Positions 46,244-59,800 of a stretch of 64,000 bases of DNA are shown one piece after another (position 1 is the stretch's first letter; each line of letters begins with the position of its first letter). This DNA comes from Macrostomum lignano (Eukaryota). Under the pieces are notes generated by a model that saw nothing but the letters and a program-made list of their open reading frames with translations, made no database searches and was not told where the DNA came from. The translations under genes and the position numbers were made by a program. The stretch spans positions 62,001 through 126,000 of the forward strand of contig NIVC01000773.1 in NCBI GenBank assembly GCA_002269645.1, read 5' to 3'.

Positions 46244-46487
46244 GAGCCCAGTCTGTCCAGCAGCCCTAGGGACTGCCTTGAACACACGCGGGGACGAGTA
46301 CCCTGGGTCGACTTGCGAGACAGCGTGGGGGGGGGGTCTGCGGCTGCCAGAGGCAAATAGAGGGTGCAGACCTCCCACCAGCCTTGACCTGCTGAAGATA
46401 GGGGCAGGCGTGAAGCATCGCAGACCTTAGCCCATGGGCCTAGTCTGTCTCATACTTCACTGGCATGCTGAATACGCCTTCGCGTGC
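46244..46487 (-). ncRNA. Candidate HDV-like self-cleaving ribozyme at the LINE 5' end
   Basis: P1 GCACGCG/CGCGUGU with a G1.U wobble; P3 GGG/CCC; L3 UACUCGU; P1.1 AC/GU; P2 CCCA/UGGG; P4 GGCAGUCC/GGGCUGCU; candidate catalytic C at 46255; structured J1/2 of about 170 nt. Confidence 0.7.
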
Positions 46488-46705
46488 GTACCAGTGTCAC
46501 TCTGATCCGATATGTATCTTGCTTTCTACGAGTATTTAATCTGGTGCGGCTGCCGCCCTGCCGTTATGATGCTAAGCAGATTAAATTAATCTGTCTTCCT
46601 CTCACCGAGTTTTGTTCGCATCGATTTATTGCTTTCAGTGGAGTCTGTTGGTATAAATACTATGTGAGTTTTGTCTGTTAAAATCATAATTTGACAAATA
46701 TCTAT

Positions 46706-47411
46706 GGAATCTGACAATTAGCCCCTATGGGATCTAACAATTAGCTCCTATGGGATCTGACAATTAGCTCCTATAGGATCTGACAACTAGCCCCTATGGG
46801 ATCTGACAATTAGCTCCTATGGGATCCGACAATTAGCTCCTATGGGATCTGACAATTAGCTCCTATGGGATCTGACAATTAGCTCCTATGGGATCTGACA
46901 ATTAGCTCCTATGGGATCTGACAATTAGCTCCTATGGGATCTGACAATTAGCTCCTATGGGATCTGACAATTAGCCCCTATGGGATCCGACAATTAGCTC
47001 CTATGGGATCTGACAATTAGCTCCTATGGGATCTGACAATTAGCTCCTATGGGATCTGACAATTAGCTCCTATGGGATCTGACAATTAGCTCCTATGGGA
47101 TCTGACAATTAGCTCCTATGGGATCTGACAATTAGCCCCTATGGGATCTGACAATTAGCTCCTATGGGATCTGACAATTAGCTCCTATGGGATCTGACAA
47201 TTAGCTCCTATGGGATCTGACAATTAGCTCCTATGGGATCTGACAATTAGCTCCTATGGGATCTGACAATTAGCTCCTATGGGATCTGACAATTAGCCCC
47301 TATGGGATCTGACAATTAGCCCCTATGTGATCTGACAATTAGCTCCTATGGGATCTGACAATTAGCCCCTATGGGATCTGACAATTAGCTCCTATGGGAT
47401 CTGACAATTAG
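46706..47411. repeat. 23-bp minisatellite, about 30 copies (ctatgggatctgacaattagctc)
   Basis: Direct tandem periodicity. Confidence 0.97.
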
Positions 47412-48182
47412 TTTCGGTGCTTCATTTTTATTATAAAGTACATTTAACCGTGCTCACTTGTTCGCCAGCCTTCAGCATAGAGTGACCACGCGATTGGGTT
47501 CACTTTGTCTGTACATCAAATAATTGCTACAGCTTTTTAACAAAATTCAATCAAGTTCACTCGCACTTAGCTTTGAAAATTGGAGTTAGTTGTGTATCTT
47601 ACTATATAATTTCGTGATATATCTAGGCTGATGCACCAGTTCAGACTTCATAGCCTGTAAAGTTTAACGAAATTTATGATTGATTCATTTGTGTCACTTG
47701 CCCTGTCACGATTGCAACAACTCGTGTTGTCCCTGTCCGCGTACGTGTGTTTAAATATATTATTCTATCTATATGACTATTGTTTTTGATTACCGATTAA
47801 AACTGCAATTTTAAATTCAGCAACACGTGCTGTGTGTTTGTAGCTGAGCTAATTATGGCTAATTATAATTGCAATTTCTTTATCTATTATGCCCAGTGGT
47901 GAGGTCTCATCACACAATGGCATACATGTAACAGTGTCTGCACCGGTTCGCTCGTACTTACCAGTTAACTGTCTCACCTATGCTAGTCAAAAAGCATTGA
48001 GAATTGGCACATGGCGTCTGTAGCTTCAAATTCTCAGCCTGGGAGTCTACGAATGGTTTTGAGTTTCGCGAATATCCCGCAGCCATGCAGGTACTCTTTG
48101 TCTGGCTGTACCCTAACCTGTTTCTGAACCTATTTTTCCTGCCTGCTACCCTTTCTACCTACTTCTCTCCCTACCTATACTC

Positions 48183-50488
48183 TTCGATGCAGAACTGGAG
48201 ACTGCAGGACGTCAAGTCCAACTTCAAGGCCAACCAAGTGCGTCTTAAAAGTTTGCACTAGTTGTTAAAAAGCAGTATTTATTATTTAATTTCATTTTTA
48301 TTCCTTTGTCATTATAAAAATTTCCCTACTCCTGTAAAATCACAGATAGCACCGCAACCGCTGCTCTACGATAAATCTTCCCTCTCAATCATGCACGGCG
48401 TCACAGGTGGGCTAGCCGTGTCAACGCGAACTCGATATGTTCCAGACACTGCTCGGACAGAGATGCAGTACAGCATCAATATCCATGTCCAGGACACATC
48501 CTCTTCGGAATTCCAAGCAGCAGTGCAGTGTACGCTGAAGCACACAAGTCAGGGTTCTCTGCTCTTGTTGCGTCATGGAGTGAGTTCAACGACCAAGTTC
48601 GTCGCTACGTAAAGGCCAACACTTCTGAATTTTCAGACCTCTTTACCTCATGGAGCGGATTCCAGGACGAAGTCCGCCGGTACGTAGAGCAGTACACATC
48701 GAGATTCTGTGGCATATTTACCTCATGGAGCGGCTTCGATGCTCAAGTGCGGCAGTATGTACTAAGCCATGAAGGAGAATTCGCTACACTTCTTGGAGTG
48801 AGCTCTAAAGCTCCAGACACTTCATCGTCGGAATTCCGTGCTTTAGTTCTTAAATACATCGAAGAAAACAAAACAGACTTCACTAATATCTTTGCAAGTT
48901 GGAACACTTGGCGATCACGTGCGTCTCTATTTGAAGGCCCATACCTCCGAGTTTTTCGACATATTTACGTCGTGGAGTGGCTTTGAATCACAAGTTCGAA
49001 TATATATTCAAACGTATAAAGAGCAATACAGCGACTTACAACTCTCCAAAACAGAGGAGATTGACACATCTCCAGAATTCCGCGCCTTGGTGCTGAGGTA
49101 CTCCCAAGAGCACAAGCCAGAGTTCTCAGCCATCTTCATCACATGGAGCGAGTTTGGCGACCAAGTGCACCGCTACGCGAAAGAGCACACGTCGGAGTTC
49201 TCCAGCATCTTTGTCTCGTAGAGCGGATTCCGCAGCCAAGTGCGTAGCTACGTGCAGGAGAACACTTCGGAGTTCTCTGACATCTATCTCAACTGGGAGG
49301 GTTTCGAGCCGCAAGTGCGTGAATATGTGCAGAAACAGGAAAGCAAGTTTGTCGAGCTTCTCCCCGTCAGGACTAAAGAGATTGACACTTCGTCGCCAGA
49401 GTTCCGCGCCATGGTGCTGAGATACGTTGAGGAGCACAAATCGGAGTTTACCTTTATCTTCGCCACGTGGAACATTTTCAGCGACTACGTGCAGCGCTAC
49501 GTTAAAGAGAACACGTGGGAGTTCACAGAAATCTTCTCCTGGAGCGGAGTCGAAAGTCAGATTAGAAATCATGTGCGTAAGAACTCAGAGAAATTCTCCG
49601 CCCAGATCACTGTGCAGGCGAAGGAGATCGACACGTCGTCGCCAGAATTCCGCGCCTCCGTGCGGAAGTACGTCCAAGCAAACAAGTCAGAATTTACCGC
49701 CATGTTCGTTACCTGGAACGAGTTCGAGGATCAAGTGCGCCGCTACGTCGAAGAGCACACACATCGGAGTTCTCTAGCATCTTTGTGTCGTGGAGTGGAT
49801 TCGAAACTCAAGTTCGGCAGTATATTCGAACACACGAATACAAGTTTAGTGAGCTGAAACAGCCTGATTCCTCGTCACCGGAGTTTCGCTCAATGGTTTT
49901 AAAGTACGTTCGAGAACACTTTCCAGAGTTTCTATGACCTTTTCATCTTAGAGCGCCTTTGAAATTCGGCGTTATGTTCTTCAGCACGATACAGAGTTTA
50001 TTGCGTTGCTTGGCTGCATTCGCGAAAAGGATAAACAGACTTTGCAACTGATTTCCTCCAGTGGCTGTTGTAATGAGATTTCATGGACAATTTCTGAATC
50101 TGTTTTTCACTATGAACGAAACGATGAATCTTTATCTGTGATCCATTCAGGCAAACCAGCCGTTGGAATGACGGCCTTTGAGCCACCAAATGCAGCTGAC
50201 GAAAGACTTGAAAGAAATTTGTCTGACTTAAGCACAGGATTCTCGTTCGTTCATAGACCTACGCTCGTACAACATCTGGCGACATCAAAACAACTGAATC
50301 AAGAGAGTACATGTCGTTCGGATCTCGAACAGAGTCGGTTCCCTTCGGTGTTCAGGGCATTGTATCGGGAGCTACTGGATCACGCGCCGTTAACATCGGC
50401 GGATCGGACGGAGAGATGCTAGACTTATCCGGATCGAGAACTAGCCGATATTCAGCCTACCCAGGGAGAGTCGTATGGAATATCGGAT
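48183..50488 (+). pseudogene. Decayed partial duplicate of the plakin-like gene's 3' part (half exon, intron, diverged 83-aa repeats, about one 69-aa unit)
   Basis: 48183-48350 is near-identical to 57343-57510. The repeat motif DTSSxEFRALV..YVEE recurs across several frames with stops (ORFs 48528, 48892, 49240). 50309-50488 matches the 69-aa repeat DNA. Confidence 0.88.
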
Positions 50489-51689
50489 CAACAGTTTTAT
50501 AACTCATCTATTAGTATAGCATTTGAATAGGATATGAAGCTCAGAAAAAAAGTAAAATATTTTAGCATAACTTACAGAAACCAACTAACAAAAAAGCAGT
50601 TTAATTGAAGTGCATACTTTGCTGTTGGGATTTTTTCAGCGACTATTTATCCATAGTTTTTCTTATTTTCGCACTGTTTAGAAAATCGATTTTAACCCTG
50701 CATTATTATTAATTTTTTTACGCTCTTAAGTTTTACTTTGAACCAAATCTTTATATAGTGTGTAGTTGTCTTTAGTTTTAACAAAATTAACTAACGTAGA
50801 ATTAGATTTAAAACTTATCACTACTAGCTCTTATTTATGGTTTTTTAAAGATTTTTCTGAATAACAAAGTTACCCATAATTACACATTTTGCTGAGTAGA
50901 AAGAATTTCAATTAGCTGCGAATTCTTTTACGTAACAATAAATTAACCATTTCTCTTTCGCCAAAAAACTTTTTTACATATTTTTTAAATTAAATATATA
51001 CCAACTAAAGTGCGAAATATTTAACACTCATTAAAACACGATAACTAGTACCAATTTCTTGTTAATCTTTATTTATTACGTCAACGGAAGCGATGTTCTG
51101 TAAGGCGTAAGAGGCACACTGAACAATTGCGCCATAAGCTTAATTCTCTTGATACTCTGGTGTCCACGGAGAAACCTAGTTGTTTTCCAATTATGAGCGT
51201 AAATGAAAAAAGAGAATTAGAAGAAAACGAAGGTATGGAAAATAAGATTGGAGCAGAGGGGGTGTAAAGATGAATTCAACTCAGCGAGCAGAGCTTTGCA
51301 AAGCAGTTGCGATTCATATGGAGCTCAAGCGGCCAAGCCAAGGAGTGATGGCGAAAGGCTGCGGCTAAAGATGGAATTCTTGCAAACTTTGGAAAACTGT
51401 CCACCTTGCTTCCTTTTATGAGACAAAAAGTGCCTTATTATTCAAAGCCAGCCGTTAAAGGCGTAAACGTTTTTACCCGCGAGAGGGGTCAGAGTGAGCC
51501 TGCCAGGGGGGGGGGCAAGAAGAGATGCAGACAGCCCTGAGTCCGTGGGTCGTTCGGTGCGCTTCAAGTAAGTTGGGCGGCAGACTGTCTGGCCTGCTTT
51601 AGAAATGCAGTTCTTCCCACTGTGCCACTCTGCTCTGGTGTGTTGTTTTACGTCTGCGCCTCCATTCTGCTCTGTCTGTGCTTCTCCGC

Positions 51690-52881
<1,192 letters not shown>

Positions 52882-53439
52882 CCCTATTATCTGTCCACAT
52901 TAATTATTTATTTCTTTCTATTCTCTCGTGCAGAGCCACCTTTTAATTTCTATCTCACTTGGTTTTGTTGCATTTTTTAACTCAATGCTGGCTTGAAAAG
53001 CTGTAAGAGTTTTTCGCTGCATCTACTTGCTGTTCAAGCGTCGTCAATAGGCTTACTTTGGACTCGGGAGGTGCAGTTGAGAAGCTCCACCGCCACTGGA
53101 CAGTTGCTGAATGAATGCTAAAGGAACAATAGACAGGCAAAAAAGAGATTCGGTGGGTCTTTCAATGCCTTTCAATGTTGGGGTTATTAAAGCGGGCAGC
53201 CATCTCCAGTATGCGCCTTCTCTGCTGCTCACAGAACCCAGCACTGTTTTTCTCGAAAGACAGCCCCAGTTCTGACTAAAAATTAGCAAAGCTTTTCAGC
53301 GCATTAAACCTACAGTAGCTTAACTCTCCTTGTATTTCAGAAATCTTAACTACCCTTTTTCCGAACGGAAGAATCGAGATTTAGTGAGTGGTTTATATTT
53401 TTTCGAATCGCTGGAAATTCGATATAGTACTGTATGTTG

Positions 53440-53765
53440 CTATATGGGACTGGAGTGGGATTCTGTAGGGACTGGAGTAGGATTCTGTAGGGACTGAAGT
53501 GGGATTCTGTAGGGACTGGAGTAGGATTCTGTAGGGACTGAAGTGGGATTCTGTAGGGACTGAAGTGGGATTCTGTCGGGACTGAAGTGGGATTCTGTCG
53601 GGACTGAAGTGGGATTCTGTCGGGACTGAAGTGGGATTCTGTAGGGACTGGAGTAGGATTCTGTAGGGACTGAAGTGGGATTCTGTCGGGAGTGAAGTGG
53701 GATTCTGTAGGGACTGGAGTGGGATTCTGTAGGGACTGGAGTGGGATTCTGTAGGGACTGGAGTG
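53440..53765. repeat. 22-bp minisatellite (gtgggattctgtagggactgaa)
   Basis: Direct tandem periodicity. Confidence 0.95.
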
Positions 53766-53873
53766 AGACAATTAAACATCTTTATCATTTGCTTTTTCAT
53801 GGACCTTGTTGGCATTTTTCGGTCATGGTGACAAAAAATTTTCGTCAACTTCACCGCAAATACTCGCTGACAG

Positions 53874-56800
53874 GTGACCCTTGATCGCCTCTCAATGACG
53901 GCTGTGGCGACGACGCATCAGCAGGAGATTGATCAGTGGCTGCATGACAACCGAAATGACGTGGAGTCAGCTGCCATCGGCTGCACTCACCAGGCGCTGC
54001 TGTTTCAGAAAACCAAGCAGGCGGTCCTGCTGGAGGAGATCCAAGCGCTTGAGAGCAGGCTGGACGAGTCCAACAAGTCAGCGGCAGCGTCCCTCACCAA
54101 GCTGAAGGCAATGGAGAGTCAGATTGGCGTGAACGAGGAGGCGCTGACTTACCTCCAGCAGGTGACGTCGCTTGAGACGGCAGTTATGTCAGCCGGTCAG
54201 CAAGTGATGGAGAAGGCACTGCAGATGTCCAAAGTGACCGATGGAGTCGTCCTGGAAGCCAAGAAGGTGAGAAAAGAACTCAACCTTATTGAAAATCTGT
54301 GCGAATACAGTTGACCAAAAAAATCTACATACGAGCCTCGTATGTCAATTTCTAAGCTGCAAGGGAGTAGGCTAATAAGATTGGGGTGAATTTATGAGTA
54401 TGCCATGTGTATGAAGGTCCGATGTTACGGTGGGCGGCAACCTTGCTTGTGATCTGGGTGTATGAGTTTATCAAACTCAGGCGTCGACAAAATCTACATC
54501 CAGAGACAGATGAGAGAGGAGAGAGAATTAAGAAGAGAGAAGAGTTGAGAGAGTAGAGAGGAGAGAGAAGATTAGATGAGAGGTAGGATCAGAAAGTCTA
54601 GAAAACAATTTAATGTCCTATTTCAATCCAAAATCTTGACGGCTCTCTAGAAGCTACTGGTAGAACAAGACAGCTGATGAAGCAAGAAACGGGTAAAGCC
54701 ATATACTACGCTACTCGTAGTTAGAAAATCGAATTGGCGAATATTTCCTCCCAGGAGCTGTCGGCCGAGGTCCACGGCACCTGGAGCTGGGTGAGCCAGC
54801 TGGCCGACCTGAACCGGCTCCACACCCGCAACGCCGCGGACTACCAGACCTTCCACCACAGCGCCTACGAGCTCAACGCCATGCTTAACAGCCGAGCCAG
54901 CAGCAGCAGCGCCGCCATTGCCGCCATTCCCGCCAACGGGATGCTGGGCTCCATCAAACGCATAAACACCGTGCTCACTGTGAGTAACCTCTTGTCAGTT
55001 TCAATATGGGCTTGAAATACTCAAACCGCACACTTCAAAAGTAAAAGCCTCCTCGAACCTCTGCAGGACAACTTGGCCCAGTTCAACCGGCTGTGGCAGC
55101 TGTCAGTCGACCTGACGCAGCGCAGCCGAGCTGTGGTGCCGCTGCACCTGCGTTTCAGCACTGACGCCATCCCGTTCGCGGGCAAGAACGTGTTCAAGTT
55201 CGATGACGGCGAGGTAAGTGCCAACTGTATTGCAGAGTGAATTGCATATTTGATGGCGCTCGCCCCATCATATTCGGACACCTGCGAGTGGAAGTTGCGC
55301 CTGCGAACCTCTGCACGCTACTGACTGAGTAGTGCCGAGAGAAAATGAAATGAAAATTAAAAACGGCAAAGCAATTAGCATACCCACAATAAAAATGATG
55401 GGTGTCTACACGTACTCCTAGAATGCGGGACTGGTCCTGGGCTATCGCAAGGTTGTTTTACTTCCTCCTAGCCTTCCGTTACTTTTTCTCCTAATTGGAA
55501 ACCAAGCCCTTTTGAGTGGCGCATTTGCCAGTATTTCAAATATTTGCACAAAAAAATTCTGTTGTCTTCCGTACGATCGTATGGCCTCTCACTCCCCACA
55601 GACGGTCCTGGAGCCGGGAGAGCAGGTGACTGTCATCGACAACTCCCAGTCCTACACGTGGACGGTGAGGCGCTCGGATGGAAGCGAGGTCAAAGTGCCC
55701 AGCACCTGCATCTGGCTGCCGCCGGCCGATCCGCAGGCAGTGCAGCTCGCTATCGGGTTTGTGGGAATCTTATTATAAAAATACTTCTTTATTGCTCACT
55801 CCTTGTCTTGAGCGCATGAAGTCTTAAAAGTGCTTTGATAATTAAAAAAAGATTAGGCATTTAGAAAAGCAGTAGTTTTGCATTTAAGAACTGAAAAGCG
55901 AACTCGTTGCGGTTTTTAGGCTGAGAAGAAAGCTGCTGAACACCTGGTCTCAGGTTCTGAACAGTCTGCGACAGTGGATCGCCGAGTTCTTTGATTCCTA
56001 CTTGACCCAGATGCTCAAGAGCCCTGTGGTGAGTGCTTTTTGATCATTCGAGTGAAAATTTTCTGATCATAATAACCATACCGTTACACCTAAAAACAAA
56101 AGCCAGCTTTAGCGTGTAGTTAATATATAGGATAGCAGTTTGCGACGTTTGCAAAGTGCTTTCGGAGTGGAGATACTGAACGATCTGTGTTCGCTTTTTC
56201 TTTTATTGCAATCGAAACTCGCGACGAAATCGACTGCTTTGGGCGCGGTGGGCACTCTTGAGTTCTCAAAGAGCCAGGCGCAACAGTCAAGCTGTATCGG
56301 TGCACTCCTTAAAACAAAATTGTGCTATTCTTTGAACATTTAATCGTGCAGACAGATTCTTTATTGCATTTTGGTATTTCTTTTTATATAACACTAAATA
56401 TGAAAAGTGATACATAGAATGGCTTTATTTCAAGTTGAAGCATTAGTTTTTAGCTACTTTTATAATAGCATCCAAGGATTCTCCACCTCAGCTTATACAT
56501 ACGCCACTTGCATATAAATATACTTATGTATAGACATGCTTTTTATAGTACTCGTAAAAGTACAATTTTCAAATCTACCCATTGCCGTCTACAGGGGGTA
56601 GCCAAAAAAAATCAAGGACGCTGTGACTGAATTTCTTAATTCGCTGCGTCAGTCGAGCCAAACATTCCTGGGCGTTGACGATCAGTTTACGGATCGCATT
56701 GTCAAATCCATCGATAAAGTGCTTGAAAAGATGACAATCTGCGGTGAGAATCTGATTCAAAAATACCTTATTAATACCAGAATACTTTTCTGTAAACCAA

Positions 56801-59800
56801 CTAATTCGATGCAAGTTTTAGTGAAGAAATGTACCCGTAAATGCAGAAGTAAAGTACTTTGATGCTTATTAATGTCCCATGAACGAATTTTTTGTTTACT
56901 TTAGAAGGTCCAACGGCATCCCTAGTGGACAGAGAACTAATAATTCTAAAGGCCTGTCTAGCCAAGCTACAGGAGCACCTGAACGAATGGCGTCATTGCT
57001 CAAATGAAGCTACAGAAGCTGAGACCGAGCTGCAAGGCCGGACCGCTTTATCGAAGGAGTCTTCTGAAGTTCTGGTGCGCATCGAACTGCTTTCGTAAGT
57101 CGGACGGACCATTTTGATTTGCTGGAATTTATCTTGTTAGGCGTGGCGTGCGTTCTGACACCTCCCACCTCTGAGGCCACTTGTGGTCGGCGTGAGGTGC
57201 AAATTTTTGTTGTTCTTGTTAGACTTTTGTAATCACACGTGATTAAAATACATGTAGTCTAAAGGGACTGCACTTTAATTTCTCTTTTCACAAGCAGACA
57301 GCTGCAAGAAGAGTCCCAGTCTAAGTTTGAGGAGCTACAGCGTTCGATGCAGAACTGGAGACTGCAGGACGTCAAGTCCAACTTCACGGCCAACCAAGTG
57401 CGTCATAAAAGTTTGCACTAGTTGTTAAATGGCAGCATTTATTATTTAATTTCTCTTTTTAATTAGTCATTATAAAAATTTCCCTACTCCTGTAAACATC
57501 GCAGAGAGCACCGCAACCGCTGTTCTACGATATATCTTCGCTCTCAATCATGCACAGCGTCACAGGAAGACCTGCCGTGTCAACGCGAACTCTTAATGTT
57601 CCAGACACATCTGAGACAGACGAGCAATACAATAAAAGATCAGAAGAAAAAGTTACTGCTGAACTAACGGTGAAAAAATACAATATTGACACTTCGTCTT
57701 CGGAATTCCGTGCACTGGTACAGAAGTACGTCGAAGAGAACAAGTCGGATTTCGCAGCGATTTTTAGCACCTGGAGTGAGTTCAAGGAGCAAGTGCGTCT
57801 GTACGTCGAGGAGCACACGTCAGAGTTCTTGAACGTTTTCACCAAGTGGAGTGGCTTCGATGATTATGTTCGAAAATATGTGCAGCAGAACGAAGAAAAG
57901 TTCATCACAGTGCCTGCCGTCAAGACTAAGGAGATAGACACTTCATCTTCGGAATTCCGTGCACTGGTGCAGAAATACGTCGAAAAGAACAAGACCGAGT
58001 TTATCGCCTTATTCGTTACCTGGAGTGAGTTCGAAGAACAAGTGCGTCGCTACGTCGAAAAGAACACATCGAAGTTCTCTAGCATCTTTTTTTCGTGGAG
58101 CGGATTCGAAAGAAAAGTCAAGCAGTACGTGGTGAAGAATGAAGAGAAGTTTGCTACGCTTCTTCCCGTCAAGTCCAAGGAGATAGACACTTCGTCTTCG
58201 GAATTCCGTGCACTGGTGCAGAAGTACGTCGAAGAGCACAAGACTGAGTTTACCGCCATGTTCGTTACTTGGAGTGAGTTCGAGGAGCAAGTGCGTCGCT
58301 ACGTCGAAGATAACACATCGAAGTTCTCTAGCATCTTCTTTTCGTGGAGTGGATTCGAAAGCAAAGTCAAGCAATACGTGGTGAAGAATGAAGACAAGTT
58401 TGCTACGCTTCTTCCCGTCAAGACTAAGGAGATAGACACTTCATCTTCGGAATTCCGTGCACTGGTGCAGAAATACGTCGAAAAGAACAAGACCGAGTTT
58501 ATCGCCTTATTCGTTACCTGGAGTGAGTTCGAAGAACAAGTGCGTCGCTACGTCGAAAAGAACACATCGAAGTTCTCTAGCATCTTCTTTTCGTGGAGTG
58601 GATTCGAAAGCAAAGTCAAGCAATACGTGGTGAAGAATGAAGACAAGTTTGCTACGCTTCTTCCCGTCAAGACCAAAGAGATAGACACTTCGTCTTCGGA
58701 ATTCCGTGCACTGGTACAGAAGTACGTCGAAGAGAACAAGTCGGATTTCGCAGCGATCTTTAGCACCTGGAGTGAGTTCAAAGAGCAAGTGCGTCTGTAC
58801 GTCGAGGAGCACACGTCAGAGTTCTCGAACGTTTTCACCAAGTGGAGTGGCTTCGATGATTACGTTCGAAAATATGTGCAGCAGAACGAAGAAAAGTTCA
58901 TCACAGTGCCTGCCGTCAAGACCAAAGAGATAGACACTTCGTCTTCGGAATTCCGTGCACTGGTACAGAAGTACGTCGAAGAGCACAAGACCGAGTTTAC
59001 CGCCATGTTTGTTACTTGGAGTGAGTTCGAGGAGCAAGTGCGTCGCTACGTCGAAGAGAACACATCGAAGTTCTCTAGCATCTTTTTTTCGTGGAGCGGA
59101 TTCGAAAGCAAAGTCAAGCAATACGTGGTGAAGAATGAAGACAAGTTTGCTACGCTTCTTCCCGTCAAGACCAAAGAGATAGACACTTCGTCTTCGGAAT
59201 TCCGTGCACTGGTACAGAAGTACGTCGAAGAGAACAAGTCGGATTTCGCAGCGATTTTTAGCACCTGGAGTGAGTTCAAAGAGCAAGTGCGTCTGTACGT
59301 CGAGGAGCACACGTCAGAGTTCTCGAACGTTTTCACCAAGTGGACTGGCTTCGATGATTATGTTCGAAAATATGTGCAGCAGAACGAAGAAAAGTTCATC
59401 ACAGTGCCTGCCGTCAAGACTAAGGAAATAGACACTTCGTCTTCGGAATTCCGTGCACTGGTACAGAAGTACGTCGAAGAGCACAAGTCGGATTTCGCAG
59501 CGATCTTTAGCACCTGGAGTGAGTTCAAAGAGCGAGTGCGTCTGTACGTCGAGGAGCACACGTCAGAGTTCTCGAACGTTTTCACCAAGTGGACTGGCTT
59601 CGATGATTATGTTCGAAAATATGTGCAGCAGAACGAAGAAAAGTTCATCACAGTGCCTGCCGTCAAGACTAAGGAAATAGACACTTCGTCTTCGGAATTC
59701 CGTGCACTGGTACAGAAGTACGTCGAAGAGCACAAGACCGAGTTTACCGCCATGTTCGTTACTTGGAGTGAGTTCGAAGAACAAGTGCGACGCTACGTCG

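Larger units (their letters stand above)
40585..46486 (-). mobile_element. Full-length non-LTR retrotransposon, LOA/R1-group-like with RNase H, 5902 bp
   Basis: 12-bp TSD cgtaccagtgtc at 40573-40584 and 46487-46498; two intact ORFs; short-repeat 3' tail (taagtcaagtaagtcaaa). The clade call is inferred from domain layout. Confidence 0.96.

Noticed and set aside
40930-46378. Numerous antisense and alternate-frame ORFs inside the LINE, and likewise within 57525-63800
   Set aside because: Shadows of GC-rich or repetitive coding sequence on the main frame.
40504-46681. Host coding exon disrupted by the LINE (the empty site gives an open frame of about 88 codons)
   Set aside because: No ATG, no recognisable homology and no convincing flanking splice pair; chance is plausible.
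46706-47411. Regular short repeats (here and at 3921-4290, 30115-31030, 36195-36955) as CRISPR arrays
   Set aside because: Units are head-to-tail with no unique spacers, there are no cas genes, and the context is eukaryotic.
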